A stretch of DNA of 64,000 nucleotides from Rebecca billardiae RCC1528 (lineage: Eukaryota; Protista; Haptophyta): the NCBI GenBank assembly GCA_965240325.2, contig OZ251245.1, positions 1,240,001 through 1,304,000 of the forward strand, written 5' to 3'. Position 1 is the first letter of the stretch. Each line of letters begins with the position of its first letter. The notes under the pieces were generated by a model that saw only the letters and a program-made list of their open reading frames with translations, was not told the DNA's origin and did not search any database. The translations under genes were made by a program, and so were the position numbers. Of this stretch, positions 44,858-56,426 are shown piece after piece.

Positions 44858-46624
44858 TCACGCGCCCATCTTGCGGAAGACGAGGGCGGCGTTGTGCCCG
44901 CCGAAGCCGAGGTTGTCTGAGATGGCGGCGGTCGCGCCCTGCGGCAGCTTGGCGGCGGTGTTGGGCGTGTAGTCGAGGGGGCAGTCCGGGTCGGCCGTCT
45001 CGTAGTTGATGGTGGGCGGGATGTCGCCCGTCGCGAGCACCTTTGCGCAGATCGCCGCCTCGATCCCGCCCGCCGCGCCGAGCGTGTGCCCAGTCATCGA
45101 CTTGGTGGACGAGATCTTGATCTGCGCCGCGCGCTCCCCGAACACGCGGCCGTACGCCATCGACTCGAACTTGTCGTTGTACGCGGTCGAGGTGCCTGGG
45201 CAGGGGCGGCGCACAGGGGCGTGTGCGCGGGTGTGAGGGTGTGCGTGTGCGTGTGCCTCGCCAGCGCGAGGGCCGCGCGGTGCGCGCGGCGCAGGGGCCA
45301 GACGCCGCTCCGCTGAGCGCCGAGCGCTGCGCACGCGCGCGGCGCGTGCGTCCTCTGCGCACCGTGGGCGTTGATGTACCCCACCTGCGCGCCCTCCACA
45401 GACGCGTCGGCCAGCGCGCGCTCGATACACCTGTACAGGCCCTCGCCCTCTGCGCACGCGTCGCGCGCGCGTCGCGCGCGCAGCTCGCGTGAGCGCTCGC
45501 GCTCGCGCTCGCGCCCGTGCCCGGCGCGCCCGCCCCGCCCGCCCGCCGTCGCCCGGCAGCGAATGGCAGCGCGCGGCGCGTGTGTGCGCGTGTGTGCGCG
45601 CGTGTGCGCGTGTGTGTGTGCGCGTGTGTGTGCGCGTGTGTGTGCGCGCGTGTGTGTGCGCGTGTGCGCGTGCACCTGGGTGCGGTGTGGTGATGTGGTG
45701 GGCGTCGCACGTCGCGCCGTAGCCGGCGAGCTCGCAGTAGATGCGCGCGCCGCGCTTCTGCGCGTGCTCGAGCGTCTCGAGCACCAGCACGCCCGCGCCC
45801 TCGCCCATCACGAACCCCGAGCGCTCCGCGTCGAACGGGCGGCTCGCCTTGGTCGGCTGGTCATTGCGGTTGGACGCCATCGCCTTCATCGCGCAGAAGC
45901 CGGCGTACGAGAGCGGCGTGATGGCCGCCTCGGTGCCGCCGGCGAGGACGACGTCGGCCTCGCCGTACTGCAGCGCGCGCATCGCCTGGCCGATCGCGTG
46001 CGACCCCGCCGCGCACGCCGAGACCACGCCGAAGTTGGGCCCCTCTGCGCCCAGCTCGATGCCGATCACGCCCGAGACGGTGTTGCCCAGGAGCCCGGGG
46101 ATGGTGAAGGGGGAGACGCGCTTGGGGCCCCTGGCGGTGAGCTTGTTCACCTCGTCCTCGAAGGTGGCCATCCCGCCGAACGCCGAGCCCACCATCACGC
46201 CCACGCGCGAGCGGTCCGTCTCCGCCATCTCCAGCCCCGCGTCTGAGAGGGCCATGCGCGAGGCCGCGACGCCAAAGTGCGTGTAACGGTCGTTCTGCTT
46301 GACGGACTTGGCCGAGTCGAAGTAGTCGGCGGGGACGAACCAGTCGCCCACCTCGGCGCCGATCGTCGTCGCGTACGCCGACGCGTCGAAGTGCGTCACC
46401 TGCCCCACGCCCGAGCGCCCCTCGAGAAGTGCCGCCCACGCCGCGTCGCCGTGGCCGAGCGCAGTCACGGTGCCCAGGCCCGTGACGACGACGGTGCGCC
46501 GAGCGTCCGCCGAGGCGGTGGCGCGGGCTCGAGGCGCGACAGCCCTCGCGCGGGGGCCGCCGACGGCCGACGCCGCGGCCGCCGGCGCGGCGAGCGCGAG
46601 CACAACGGCGACGCCGCGCTGCAT
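44858..46624 (-). CDS. fabF: Plastid 3-oxoacyl-ACP synthase II (KAS II); introns 45450-45675 and 45196-45362
   Basis: VVVTGLG, SACAAGSHAIG, RPFDAERSGFVMGEGAG, DAHHIT, YINAHGTST (across intron), STKSMTGHTLGAAG, NLGFGGHNA; signal peptide + transit-like leader. Confidence 0.95.
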   Translation of the reverse strand: MQRGVAVVLALAAPAAAASAVGGPRARAVAPRARATASADARRTVVVTGLGTVTALGHGDAAWAALLEGRSGVGQVTHFDASAYATTIGAEVGDWFVPADYFDSAKSVKQNDRYTHFGVAASRMALSDAGLEMAETDRSRVGVMVGSAFGGMATFEDEVNKLTARGPKRVSPFTIPGLLGNTVSGVIGIELGAEGPNFGVVSACAAGSHAIGQAMRALQYGEADVVLAGGTEAAITPLSYAGFCAMKAMASNRNDQPTKASRPFDAERSGFVMGEGAGVLVLETLEHAQKRGARIYCELAGYGATCDAHHITTPHPGARAHAHTHARTHTRTHTRTHTRAHARTHAHTRAARCHSLPGDGGRAGRARRARARARARALTRAARATRARRVRRGRGPVQVYRARAGRRVCGGRAGGVHQRPRCAEDARAARVRSARRSAERRLAPAPRAPRGPRAGEAHAHAHPHTRAHAPVRRPCPGTSTAYNDKFESMAYGRVFGERAAQIKISSTKSMTGHTLGAAGGIEAAICAKVLATGDIPPTINYETADPDCPLDYTPNTAAKLPQGATAAISDNLGFGGHNAALVFRKMGA

Positions 46625-46949
46625 CTCGCTACTGATTGCGTCGGGGCGCGGGACGACGGGTATCGCGTCCCTTGGCGTCGGAGTTCTTTGCCACAGCCGT
46701 GGCTTTTTTCGGACGACGGTTTTTTATTGGCGGCAAGAAGCCAGACGAAAATGTTGCGGTGGGCAGGCTGTTTCACGCACGAGCGGCGAGCGCCGAGCGG
46801 CACGCATTTTGAGCACACGCCACACAGGCTGGAGCGCACCCTCGAGTAACGGCGACAGACGAGCAGGGGCGAGGCCAAGCTCGCGCGCGCCACCGCCGCT
46901 GGGCGAGGACCCGCTCGCGGAGCAGGCCGCCGCCCGGAGGCACGCCGCC

Positions 46950-48361
46950 ATGGCGCCTGTGCACACGCCGTGGATCATGGAGCCCGTCAAGCTCGGGCTG
47001 CAGGTGCCGGGCACGGACCCGCGGCGCATGCGCAGCAGCGCGCGCGTGCTGCACGCGCGAGAGAAGCAGATGGCGTCGCGGCCGCGGCCGGGCACGGCGG
47101 GCGCGCGGCCCGCGGCCGAGCGCGCGCGCGACCTCGCCATCTCGCCCATCGTCGGCGCCGTCCCCTTCGCCTCCACCACCCGGCCGGTGCGCGAGCTGCT
47201 GAACACGGCGGGGCGGCACGCGCAGCCTCGGCAGCACGAGCACGGCGACGCCAACGTTGGGCACGGCTTCCGACGCACACCGGTCGCGGCGTCGCAGCCG
47301 CACGTGAGCACGCTCGAGTGGCGCGTCGCCGACGAGCGCGCCACACCCGTCCGCCGCGCCGAGACGCCGACCACCAACCGCGCGCGGGCTGAGCTGCTGC
47401 TCACAGGCCACCGCTCCGCGACCACAAGCCGTCGCCGGCCGGGCTCCGCGCCGCCCAAGCAGGCCACGTCGCAGCTGGGCTACGTCGCGCCGCCGATGAT
47501 CTGCGACCTGTCGTACCGCTCGGTCTGCCCCGACGGGGAGCACTGGCGCACCGTCGAGCGCCCCACCGAGCCGTTCCAGAAGACCTTCTTCATGCTGCCC
47601 GAGCCGAACAAAAATAGAGTCTACTTGGAAGACCTGGAGCCCGGGCTGGCGGGCGCGCCGCCGGAGGAGGTGGCGAAGCGGGCGACGGTGTACCAGCCGG
47701 CCGAGCCGGGCGTGATCACCTTCATGCGCGACTGGCACGGCACGTTTGGGCGGCACCAGCGGTGCGCGCGCGCCGCGCGCGCGCCGCGCCACAGCGAGAC
47801 ATTGGTGCGCACAGCTCACAGCTTTGCGCCCTCGCGCGCGCGCGCGCGACGCACAGCCTGGCGCCGGGCATGCTCGAGCAGACGGTGGAGCGCGAGCGCC
47901 TCATGCATACGCGCCAGCAGACGATGTTCGACGGGGGGCTCGCCTTCCAGATGGCCTCGACCGCGCGGCGGCGGACCAACCAACGCCCACAGTCGGCCGC
48001 GGCCGCGGTGCGCCCACCCGGGTCTGGGCCGGCCCTGCTGATGACGGCGGACGCGGGCGCGGCGCCGGGCACGCCGCCGCGCGGCAGTGCCGCGGACGGC
48101 GGCTGGGTGTCGGCAGCACGCTCGCCCGTGCGCACGCCGCCACGCACAGGCGGGAGCGTCGGCAGCCGCGGGCGGCCGCCTCGCACGCCCTCGGGCGCGA
48201 GGCCCGAGCCGCCGCGCCTCAACACGCCGCCGCCGCCCCGGACGACGCCGCCCGCGACGCCGCCCGACAAGCCCGACCCGTTGGAAGATGTGATCAATGA
48301 GGGCGGCGCGCAGCTGCTGCGGCTGTCGTTCGATGAGGGTGGTCTCGAGGGGCTGGACTGA
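46950..48361 (+). CDS. Uncharacterised protein; intron 47762-47856
   Basis: Coding-like segments (EPFQKTFFMLPEPNKNRVYLEDL, FMRDWHGTFGRHQR) joined in frame to SLAPGMLEQTVERERL by a GTGCGC..CACAG intron. Confidence 0.6.
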
Positions 48362-49062
48362 CGAGGGACGGCGGTGGCGCGCTCGCCCTCCTGACGCAGC
48401 GGACTCATCATCGACTGTGAGACTCAGACAGGGCACAGGCGGTGCCCGACTGGCGACTGCCCGCGGCGCGACAGCGCAGCGGCAGCACATCACTCACTGT
48501 CGTAGTGACTCACTGTCGACGTCCGGCACTACCGTCAATGTTGTTATCACTACTACGCGCGACGAACTGCACTGCTGTGCGAGGCGGCGCGCTGGACTCC
48601 GCCCGAGCCTGGCCGACTCCGGCTACCGAGCCGTCCGCGAGGCGAAGCACCCGCCGGGCGGCTGCACCCCGGGAGCCGGGCCCGTCCGGCCTGGCCGGGC
48701 CGGGCGTCGTAGCCGCGGTAGTACTGTCCGTAAGTAGACGTGAGGCGGCGTGATCATGAGGCGGGGCCGTTCTCCGTAGCCGTAGGTCGCGGAACCACGC
48801 CCGCTGGCCACTGGGACTCAGCAGCAGGCCGCGCGGCGCGCGCCCCGGGCTGCCGGCTGCACGCCTCTCTGACTCGGCAGCTCGCGCCATCAGGGCGGTG
48901 ACGCGGACTCGTCACGGCGGCTCGGCGCACGGCGCGCAGCAGGGTGCGCGGTGGCAGCGCGAGGCGGGCGCGGCACGCGGTGTGTTCGCGCGGGTCACGC
49001 CGCCGCGTGGGCCGGGCGCGCCGAGCAGCCCCGCCGCGCCGGCCCCGAGCTCGAGCCCGCGC

Positions 49063-49972
49063 TCAGGCCGTCGCGCCGAAGACGGCCATCTTGTTGTTGA
49101 TGGGCAGCGCGTGCAGCGGCCCGTCAAAGTACGGCTGCAGCCGCGGGAGCGCGCGGAAGTCGGCGTAGTAGCGCTTCAGCCGGGGGAAGGAGTCGAGCAG
49201 CGAGGGCTTGCCCAGGAAGCGGCCGAGCTCCTCGTGCTGGTCGAGCATCTCCCACAGGTGGAAGTCGGCGGCCAGCGGCGTGTGCGCCACAAGGAAGGGC
49301 GTGCCCTGCTGCTCCAGCCACGCCTCGAACTTGGAGAGGTGCGCGGGCGCCTTCTTGGTGTAGTACACCTCCTTCTTCGCGTCGAAGACGGCGGCCTTGT
49401 CCATACCGAACCCCGCGTAGAAGAGGCCGATCGCGTCGTTGCGCAGGTCGAGCACCTGGCACATGCACTGCTCGTTCTTGCACACCTCCTCCTCGGTCGA
49501 GCCCATCAGCCCGAACCGGCGGCCGAGGTAGGCGAAGCACGCGTTGGACTGCGAGACGACCTCGGAGCCCACCCTGACGTAGGGCAGGTTGGTGAGCGCG
49601 TTCAGCCGCAGCAGCTCGGGCTTCGCCTCCTTGAACCACGAGTCCAGGTTGTACGAGCCGTCGGGCTTCTCGACAGCCTCGAACGCGACGTTCACCCATG
49701 CGGCGCCCGCGTACTCGCACATCATGCGCAGCGGCGCGCCCAGGCCGCGGATCGACCAGTACCCGACCTGCGGGGCGGTCGCGCGCCGGAGCGCACGCGT
49801 GACACGGCGGGCGTGCGCGGCTGAGCCTGCAGCCGCGCCGCGCGGCATAATCGCACGCGCGCACCTCAATCGTCACGTCCGTCTTGAGGAGCACCCAGTT
49901 GAGCGAGCCACGGCCGACGGAGAAGATGCGCAGGAGCAGACGGTTGACCAGCGTGAGCACGAGACGCAGCAT
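49063..49972 (-). CDS. Glutathione S-transferase, mu-class-like; intron 49768-49864
   Basis: [49 protein letters not shown]. Confidence 0.93.
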
Positions 49973-50203
49973 CGCGGCGCGCGGCGGGGCACGGGTGGGC
50001 GCGCCGGTCCTTCTCGACGCGGGCGCAAGACAGTCGAGCTTGGGCTTTTCCGAAGACCGCTACGCACGGCTCTGTTCCGGTCCGGGAGGTCGCCGATTCG
50101 CCGCGGCTCGGTGCGGCCCTGCGAGCGAGCGCGAGGCGCCGACCGCGCTCGCGCCTTTTCGCAAGTTCGCACCGCACGCCCACGCGCCGGCCGCGACGCG
50201 ACC

Positions 50204-50518
50204 ATGGCGGGCAAGCTGATGCAGTTCTGGAACTCGCCCGTGGGCCCGAAGACGACGCACTTCTGGGGGCCCGTCGCGAACTGGGGCTTTGTGCTCGCCG
50301 GCCTCGCCGACTCGAGCAAGCCCCCCGAGAAGATCTCGGGCCCGATGACGGCGGCCATGTGCGTGTACTCGGGCCTCTTCATGCGCTTTGCCTACGTCGT
50401 GCAGCCGCGCAACTGGCTGCTCTTCGCGTGCCACGTCTCGAACGAGGGCGTGCAATTGAATCTGCTGCGCCGCAAGTACTTCTCCCCGCCGACCGAAACC
50501 CCGCCCAAGTCGGCGTGA
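50204..50518 (+). CDS. MPC1: Mitochondrial pyruvate carrier 1
   Basis: [44 protein letters not shown]. Confidence 0.95.
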   Translation: MAGKLMQFWNSPVGPKTTHFWGPVANWGFVLAGLADSSKPPEKISGPMTAAMCVYSGLFMRFAYVVQPRNWLLFACHVSNEGVQLNLLRRKYFSPPTETPPKSA

Positions 50519-51093
50519 GCGCAACCTGGGTCCCTTCCCGACGCCATCGGCCAGGCCGTCGATGCTGCACGCGGCGTGGGTCTCGGGATGGGGCTCGCAG
50601 CCTGGCTCAGCTGCTTGGCCGTGCATGCTGTGTGGGGCCATGAGGCGTGTGAGTCGCCCGGCGCAGCGGCCACCGGCAGTGCGCACTCCGACGCAGACTG
50701 CTGCCGCCTGCGGCACTGCGATCCCAGACAACCTGGGACTTGTCATTGAAGACGCGCTGGTGCACATCTGAGGACGACGAGTTCGGCGGGCTGAGGCGTT
50801 CGGTCATCAACTGCAATCGATCGCAGCAGCGCAGCCGTAGTCTTGGCAGCAGACTGCTGGACGGCTGCGACTCGGCTGCCGCGCCCGGTCGGCGGCCCTC
50901 GCCCGGCGGCAGTACGCCGGTACGGCCAGTCAGACGGATCTCCGAGAAGTAGGCGACTCGGTACGGCACTTGTCTTCGGGCGCTTCCGAGTGAATCCGAG
51001 TTCGACTCAGTCATCGGACTTCGCGGCACGGTCCGATGGCATGGCAGCATCATTGCAGATAGTATATACCAGTCACATGAGGCACATATCTAG

Positions 51094-53044
51094 TAGGTGG
51101 GTCCCTGGCGATTTTCCAGCGGTCTTTTAAACATTTACCGGGTTCTCTGGCCGGATTTCTTTCGCGCGGGGCGCGGCTCGGGAAAATCGCCGGGCCGCCG
51201 GCCGAGGTCCGATCTGAACGCTCCCGACGATGTCGGAGTGCCTCTCCAGCGCGACCGAGCCGCCGTGTGTCGGGTAGACTACTGCCAACACCTATCGCGC
51301 GCTCCAGCGCTTTGCGCGTGCTCACGGATGGGATCCGTGGTCACACATCCCCCGCCTGGCACGTGCCCGCATGTTTGACTCTCGCCCGGCTAGACGCGTA
51401 CAGACAACTTGAATCGATCGGCAGGTGTTCGACCCGTGCCTTCGAGCAGGGTCACTTTTCGCTACAGGCGGGTCAGGCGACGGGAGGCATGGGTCACCAT
51501 CAGGCATGTGCATACTCTTGACGCTCCCGCCATCTTGAGCAGCTCTACGCACCGTGAAGGTGACAATTGGGCTGCGCGCAAGCTGCTCGTGAGAACGCAC
51601 GACAGCCAGCCCCGGGCTCTCGGGGAGCCATGTGAGCGATTGGCGACTTCCGAGAGGGCGTGTTTGGTGGGGGTTGGTACCAATCATCGACCAGCAGGCC
51701 TGGGATGGGTGCACTGAGGACTTGGGATGCTGAGAAGCCGCCGCGATGTGCATCGAGCACGCTGACTTGCCATCCGTGTGCACGATCAAGCGCCAGGAAG
51801 ATCAGCAGGGCCTTTGACAGCGGCAGCAGGCGCTCAGCGATCCTTCCCTATGCCGAGTGTGGGCATAATATGCGGTGCTCGAGCGTGGTCGCAGGATATG
51901 GGTCCATTCTTGACAGAACGCGGTCGCGTTGACAGGCGCGGGTGCCACCCCACGCTGTTGCTCCTGCCATCGGGTGGTCCCACTCGTTCCGCTTGTTATC
52001 TGCGAAGACTCGTACTCAGCAAATCTACGGCTAGGCGTGGTAGACCCCTCAGACGCATGTCTGATGATTGCCCGGCACGTTCTCGTCGTCACGTTGGGTG
52101 TACTTGAGCGAGCGGAAGCCGCAACGTGATGGCTAGGCCAGCAGCTCAACCATCTGACGTCTCGCCGGCCAACTGGCTGAGTGCTCTCAGCCTAGCAGCA
52201 GCGTCGGTGAACCTATCGTATTGCTGCCTGGCAAGAAGATTGTAGGAGGTATCGTCGACGGCATGGGCTGCAGCTGCGGTAGTCGTGGACTGGTGGCGGC
52301 CTCACGCGGGTGGGCATACGACGACCGGTGACACGCGGAGTACGAGCACGGAAGCCGCCGAGCGCGGCAAGCTCCGGCGGTGGCGTTGGCTGATAGTCCA
52401 GCCTCGACGGCGGAGGGCTCCCGTGTGACGACGGTGGCATGCTCGGTGGCGGGCGATGATGCGTGCCTCGGCACGCAGCCCGCCACAAACACTGCCACTC
52501 GCAGGCAGTCCGGTTGCGGCCCGGTTTGCCTGTGTCCGCGTCGCTCGGCGCCTATTCGATGACCCAACAAACGTACCCACATATCGGAACGAATTTGAAT
52601 ATATAATGAGCCACATCCACGGTCAATATAAAGTGGGTAACCGTCGTTCTATATACGGGTAATTGTCTATATACAAAGTGGGTAATCTGCTCGATCTTGC
52701 TGTAGTTTGTTGGAGGTATCCGCGCACAGCATAGAGCCCCACTCTTTGCTTCATAAAATGGTTCGGTCGGGTGTCAACGGTTGCCAATAAGTCATTCCGA
52801 TCGCATGTCGCCATCTAGCCACCATAACCATCAAGTAACGCTTCGCAAAATCTCTATGTGACACTAGTGGCGCGGCGCGCGCGCGCTCGGCCGCGCGACG
52901 GCACGCGGAGTAGGTTTTGAGGTCGAAACTTTTGCTCCGCCCCGATGGGACGCATTTACAGCGTCGATTCTGGGTGAGAGACGAAATCTAGGACGCCATT
53001 CTGAGTGCGCCAGAACATCGCCCCAGTTGGGAGGGACCCACCTA
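51094..53044. mobile_element. hAT-like non-autonomous TIR element
   Basis: 13-bp TIR TAGGTGGGTCCCT / AGGGACCCACCTA; TSD TATCTAG (51087-51093, 53045-53051), or ATATCTAG (8 bp) if the last A is assigned to the TSD; lower GC; no intact ORF. Confidence 0.8.
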
Positions 53045-53563
53045 TATCTAGCTCCGCCGGACCGCCCCGGTGGCGGAGTCAGGAGTGCCGGTTGACTCGA
53101 GTTAGTTGGCACGTTGACACTGCATGTCAGTGAATGCGGCTGCGCTACATAGCAGCGCAGCAGTATTTTTTGGGCTGCCATCACTGCCCATCATCAGTGT
53201 CGTAACGTAAGTAAGTAAGAAGACTGCGCTCATTCAGTCATTGCGCTGCCCGGCAGGCCGTGGACACGGTTCGGCCGCGGCGGTCCGCGCGGCGGGCGGA
53301 CCGGGACCCGCCCCAGGCACGCAGGGCACCGGCGCCCCGCTCCGCAGGCCGCTGGACTGGCCCAGGCGCGGCGCGTAGACTGCGCTGGAGACCGGCGAGT
53401 GGTGACGCGCGTCAGACAACGATGACGATGTCCGTCCATGTTACACGATTGTCGCCTGGCATAGCGCGGCTGGAGTGCGCAGCTGCCAGCTGCTGGCAGA
53501 GCAGCGCGCGACATGGGCGCCACGCGTGGGCCGGCGCGAGACGGCGCCTGCCACCTCGCGCGC

Positions 53564-54875
53564 CTACGCCGGGCAGCCCGGGGTGACCACGCCGGGCACG
53601 CACTCGCCCTGCTTCTCCACGATGTCCGCGGGCTTGAGGTGGCCGGTCGAGTTGCGCGGCTGCAGCGAGCCCGGCGAGCCGCCCGACGCGGCGGCCTTTG
53701 CCGCGGCGACGCGCTCGCGGCTGGCCAGGTCGAACTCGCCCTTCTCGTTCACGTTGAGCAGCAGCGAGTTCGCGTCGAGGTACACCCGGTTGGTCGCCTT
53801 GGAGACGACGGTTGCGATCTCACGCGCGGCCTGCGCGGCGCGCGGCGGCGCGCGCGGCCCGTCGTGAGCGGCCGCGCGGCGTGGCGCGCGCGCGGGCACG
53901 CGCGCGCGGTCGTGGGTGTGCGTGGGCGCGTGGGTGCGCGCACCTCGATCTTGCGCAGCTCGATGAAGGCCGGGTTGTCACGCACCGCGTCGCCGATCAG
54001 CTCGGCCGAGCGCGCCTCGCCCTCCGCGCGGATCACGATGCCCTGCTTCTCCTGCGCGGCGCGCTCCACGATGTAGTGCGCGCGCGCCGCCTCCTGCTGC
54101 GCCACCTGCTTCGCCTCGACCGCCTGCCTGTACTCCTTGCCAAAGTCGAGGTGCGTGATCGAGACGTCGTCGATGACGATGTGGAAGTCGGCGGAGCGCG
54201 CGACGAGCCGCTCGCGGATCATGCGCGACACGAGCTCGCGCTGCGTGATCAGCTGCGCCGCGTTGAAGCGCGCCACCACCGACTTGAGCACCTCGTGCAC
54301 CACAGAGGGCAGCACGCGCTCGTCGTAGTCGGTGCCGAGCTCGACCAGGATCTGCGGCAGCTCGTTGGTCAGCGGGCGCGAGAGGACGCGCAGCGTGAGG
54401 TTCACCATCTGCAGATCTGCACAGGGAGGGGGAAGGGCGGGTGCAGCAGCGGGCGGCGCGTGCGCGCAGTGCGCGGTGAGCGCTACGTCCAGTCCGATGC
54501 CCCGCACGCCGCGCGCCGGCCAGCCGTCAACGCGCGCGCACCTTTGCTGCCGGTGGTCGACTGGATGAGGCGTGGCCTCGCGCGCACATCGAAGATCACT
54601 GGCCGCTGGAACCACGGCACCATCAAGTGCGTGCCCTCGTTGAACACGCGCGCCATGTTGACGCCGCCGATCCGGTTGAACATCACGGCGCGGTGGCCGC
54701 CATCCACGTTGAACAGGCAGTTGTTCGCGCCAAAGTAGGCGGCGCCCATGGTGCCGGCGGCGGCGGTCAGTGCGGCCGCCATCCCCGGCGACGGCATCGA
54801 CGGCCCGCCGCCGCCGCCGCCGCCCCCGCTCATCAGCGGGCGCAAGCGCGACATGAGGTTGCGGAGAGCCTCCAT
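53564..54875 (-). CDS. PHB2: Prohibitin-2; introns 54417-54541 and 53831-53943
   Basis: [27 protein letters not shown] (across intron), [42 protein letters not shown]. Confidence 0.93.
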
Positions 54876-56426
54876 GACGCCGCGTGAAGACGCCACGTCG
54901 AAGACGCGGGCGCGAGCGGCGGCGGCTGGACCTGCTGACCAGCCTGGTGGTGAGCAGTTCTTGAGCAGGACCGGGCGCAAGCATGCAACCGGACCCGTGC
55001 ATTCAGTATTCAGTGATTGACAGTCGTCGACTCGTCGATCAACGGACCAGGCTCGCGTCGCCCGGCCCGGTGACGATTGTCTGAGTGCCGGTGAAGCATC
55101 GTAACGCCAATTGGATGACAGATAATCACGATGACGTCGACGATGACTGGCGCGCGTGCGTCGGCGTCGTCATATTATGACTACTCAATCTATCGTGTCA
55201 GCAGCCACTATCGGAGTATCGGAGCAGTCATCAACTGGCTATCACTTAGTCAATGACTAGCTACACTCTACAGGCAATCGCTGGCAATACGGCCGGAGCT
55301 GTCACGTTAAGCAACTGGGGCTTGCTATCTGCGGATCTGGCCTAGAACTGAGACTATAGCGATCGATTGGCTGGTTCGCTATATATATATACGCATAGTC
55401 ACACGACTACTAAGAAACAGGGACTACGTTGTCGCAGCTGCCGAGCGGGCGAGTGCGGTCCGTCGCTAGGCGCTTTGCGGTGTGCCTGTCGGGGACGCGG
55501 CGCGCGGCCCGACTACGAGTACAGGCCAAGTAGTCCCGACTTCTCCTGATAACTGGCTCACACCTGGCCAGTGCACCGCGCGGCATCCATGCAACATCAT
55601 GCTAGATTTGCTGCTCACCAAACTGATGGCTCAATTATATTATATTTTTTTCGTCGGCCTCGCCGGCCTGCGGGCCTACTGTCGTACTGACCGTCTGAGA
55701 CGACGTAACGTTAAGCCGAGTAAGAAACTGCTGACGTCACGAGACACCGCCGTACAGTAGGCGCTCGGGCTACTACTGAACTACGGCTAAGCTAGAACTA
55801 CCCGCCAGAGACTGAGCCGTGAGATCTCTGCTGAGTCTGTGACGTCTTGTTGCCCGCGATCGATTGCCTCTCTCTCTCTCTCACTCTCACTCTCTCTCTC
55901 TCAGCTCAGTCAGTCTCTCTATAGACATCACGCGGGGCTGTAAAGTACCGCGCGGACTATACCGGTCACCGGACGAGTACTCTGCTACTACGACAGACGA
56001 CGCGCCGTAATCCCGTATACCGGCCCGGCGGCCCGCGCCGTGACCCGCTCACGCGCACGGCGGCTCACGCTGACGCTGGCCGTGCCGCCGACTCAGACTG
56101 TAGTGTCTGTACTGTCACTACGCTGTATATATGTACGGTATTGTCATTATATTGACTTCATCATCCCGGCGCTCGGCCGGGCGGGGCCCGGGGCGGGCCG
56201 GGCGAGCTGGAGCAGAGTGGCGGGCAGCAGCGCAGGGGCTGCTGCCCGGGGCCACGAGCAGCGGGCCGCGCGCGTGCGGAGGCCACGGCGCAGGGCGAGA
56301 ACCGGAAGGACTGAGGAGGCCGCTGCTAAGAGAAGGATGGAAGAATGCTGGAAGGATGGAAGAAGGCCCGGGCGCGAGGCGGCGAGCAGCAGCGGCCTCA
56401 CGGGTGGAGCACACGCAGCATCAGAC

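Noticed and set aside
51770-51890. RING-like TCHPC...ILPYAECGHNMRC fragment
   Set aside because: Ligand spacing incomplete; may be chance.
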